Notes under the pieces: generated by a model
What the model was told of the DNA's origin: nothing
Database searches by the model: none
Seen by the model: only the letters and a program-made list of their open reading frames with translations
Position numbers and translations under genes: made by a program
Part shown: positions 62,409 to 64,000 of the stretch, in pieces
How the letters are laid out: every line of letters starts with the position of its first letter
Numbering within the stretch: position 1 is the first letter of the stretch
DNA from: an uncultured Gammaproteobacteria bacterium
GTDB taxonomy: Bacteria; Patescibacteriota; Patescibacteriia; Patescibacteriales; UBA12465
Reading direction: 5' to 3'
Assembly: GCA_964616855.1 (NCBI GenBank)
Contig: CAZTUJ010000002.1
Coordinates: 10,196 to 74,195, forward strand
DNA length: 64,000 nt

Positions 62409-63398
62409 ATGAAACAAGTAAAAACCATCTTTTCCGGAGTTCAGCCCAGCGGCAATCTCACGATTGGTAATTATATTGGTGCCATCAGCCAGTGGGTAGA
62501 TATGCAAGCCTACAATAATTGTATTTTTTCCATTGTTGATTATCACGCTATCACCGTTAAGTATCAGCCGGAAGAGTTAAGAAAAAGAATCTTGGAAATT
62601 ACCAAGATTTATTTGGCCGCTGGCATTGACCCAGAAAAATCCATTATTTTTCAGCAATCGGCTGTTCCAGAGCATACGGAGCTAGCATGGGTTTTAGGTT
62701 GCTCCGGCTCTTATATTGCTGACTTAAAAAAGATGACACAGTTTAAGGATAAGGCTGGAGAAAAGCAGGATGCTGTTTCTGTTGGCTTATTTACTTATCC
62801 CGTTTTAATGGCCGCTGATATCTTATTATATGACACCCAGGCCGTACCGGTGGGCGATGACCAGAAACAGCACGTTGAGCTAGCGCGTGATATTGCCAAG
62901 CGCTTTAATAATGAATATGGTCTAGTCTTTGTAATTCCAGAGGCAGTGGTGCGTAAAGAAGGGGCACGTATTATGAGCTTGAATGATCCTTTAAAGAAGA
63001 TGTCAAAAAGTGATAGTAATATCAATAGTTACATTTCTCTGCTTGATGATGTTACGGTCGCTAAAAAGAAAATCATGAAAGCAGTGACTGATTCCGGCAC
63101 AGATATTGACTATGATCCGGTTGAGCGTCCCGCCTTGGCTAATCTTCTTACTATCTATGCCGCCTTAGGCAATCGTCAGATTCCGCGCTTAGTTAAAGAT
63201 TATGCGGGTAAGGGTTATGGCGATTTCAAAAAAGATTTGGCCGAGGTGGTGGCTAAGTTTTTAACTGATTTCCAAAATAAATTTAACAGCATTAGCGATG
63301 AGGAGGTTTTTGCGGTTTTGGAGAACGGTCGCCAACAAGCAGCAGCACTAGCTCAAGCAAAAATGGAAAAGATCAGGCAGGTAATTGGCGTGAGATAG
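62409..63398 (+). CDS. trpS: Tryptophanyl-tRNA synthetase
   Basis: FSGVQPSGNLTIGNY (HIGH-type) and KMSKS motifs, 329 aa. Confidence 0.9.
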   Translation: MKQVKTIFSGVQPSGNLTIGNYIGAISQWVDMQAYNNCIFSIVDYHAITVKYQPEELRKRILEITKIYLAAGIDPEKSIIFQQSAVPEHTELAWVLGCSGSYIADLKKMTQFKDKAGEKQDAVSVGLFTYPVLMAADILLYDTQAVPVGDDQKQHVELARDIAKRFNNEYGLVFVIPEAVVRKEGARIMSLNDPLKKMSKSDSNINSYISLLDDVTVAKKKIMKAVTDSGTDIDYDPVERPALANLLTIYAALGNRQIPRLVKDYAGKGYGDFKKDLAEVVAKFLTDFQNKFNSISDEEVFAVLENGRQQAAALAQAKMEKIRQVIGVR

Positions 63399-63430
63399 AG
63401 TTTACTCGGTTAAAACATTATTTAGATACA

Positions 63431-63460
63431 AAAAAAGAGGGGTAATATTTCCTCTTTTTT
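63431..63460 (+). terminator. Rho-independent terminator of trpS
   Basis: agagg/cctct stem flanked by A6 and T6. Confidence 0.5.
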
Positions 63461-63531
63461 CTGTAAAATATTAAAGGATAAGCCTAAAAATATTTTAGGC
63501 AAATCGATTACTTTATATTTATTATTTGTAT

Positions 63532-64000
63532 ATGAATATTTTTCGTCATTTACAAATTAAAGGAGGTAAACAAAGAACGTTACTTTATTTTTTATTGGTA
63601 TTTGTAGCTTTATTTGCAGTTTTCTCATTAGTTAATCCTTGGCGCCAGTTGTATTTAAGTAATTTAAATACCGGTTTGAGCAATACTTTCGTTTTTTGGT
63701 CGGTATCAATTTGGCTGTTAGTAATTCTATGTTTTTATTTATTCTTCTTTAAAAAGAGGATTATTTTTTCTTTCCCCCTATTATTGGCTGTTTTTATTGC
63801 CTTAAGCTTGTCTTTATCTTTACTCCTGCCTTTAACTTCTAATGATTTATATTCTTACGTCTACCAGGGAAGGGTGTGGTCTGTTTTTGGATTGAATCCT
63901 TATGTTCATACTTATAGTTCCTTGTTTCAAGATAATTTTTCCCCTGTTCTAAATAATTATTGGAGTTTTAGAACAAGCCCTTATGGCCCCTTATTTACCG
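63532..64000 (+). CDS. GT-C-type membrane glycosyltransferase-like protein (DUF2029/GT87-like), 3'-truncated by window edge
   Basis: Not in the ORF track because it has no stop. The ATG at 63532 opens a frame that runs to 64000. TM helices are followed by SNDLYSYVYQGRVWSVFGLNPY, resembling the first-loop motif of DUF2029-type GT-C enzymes. Confidence 0.55.
   Translation, partial: MNIFRHLQIKGGKQRTLLYFLLVFVALFAVFSLVNPWRQLYLSNLNTGLSNTFVFWSVSIWLLVILCFYLFFFKKRIIFSFPLLLAVFIALSLSLSLLLPLTSNDLYSYVYQGRVWSVFGLNPYVHTYSSLFQDNFSPVLNNYWSFRTSPYGPLFT

Noticed and set aside
1-64000. A search for mobile elements, integrases, prophage genes, toxin-antitoxin pairs, reverse transcriptases (DGR/retron) and rRNA genes.
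   Set aside because: No ORF in the track shows transposase, integrase, RT or toxin-like motifs that I can recognise, and no terminal inverted repeats flank a gene block. This absence is reported as a by-eye result only.

Overview
Gene-dense, low-GC bacterial chromosome segment with about 60 protein genes, 9 tRNAs and no rRNA. The genetic code looks standard, since TGA is used as a stop (for example at the uvrA end, 29503-29505). Translation and housekeeping genes dominate. These include seven aminoacyl-tRNA synthetase genes (tyrS-argS-glyQS, valS, pheS-pheT, trpS), rpsF-ssb-rpsR, efp, pth, der, ychF, tsaD, topA, dprA and a uvrA-like gene. Interspersed are many small membrane-anchored or secreted hypothetical proteins and envelope genes: VanW, LCP, an O-antigen-ligase-like protein and GT-C-like proteins at both window edges. 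There is also a stand-alone ComEC nuclease domain and a PilB-type ATPase. This profile, with almost no biosynthesis and many weak or absent Shine-Dalgarno (SD) sites, resembles small-genome uncultivated bacteria (CPR/Patescibacteria-like). That placement is inference only. I saw no transposase, integrase, CRISPR array or prophage. The items most worth a second look are listed here. (1) A 1004-aa covalently duplicated PilB/GspE ATPase heads an operon with a translin/TRAX-like protein. (2) A promoter-to-terminator ~170-nt rod-shaped ncRNA lies at 41.6 kb and is 6S-like in shape. (3) A tRNA-Trp T-box with canonical antiterminator but atypical Stem I controls an orphan trpB-trpS pair. (4) There is a tRNA-Ile gene with a UAU anticodon. 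(5) The UvrA lacks the UvrB-binding domain. (6) A ~105-nt near-perfect hairpin between pth and dprA has an apical loop that is a perfect SD/anti-SD octamer. (7) A 720-bp ORF-free AT-rich region carries DnaA-box-like motifs. (8) A membrane-directed cluster encodes two TM-anchored methyltransferases, a patatin and a PLD. All calls come from reading the sequence and ORF track by eye. No searches were run, and RNA and terminator coordinates are approximate to a few nt.
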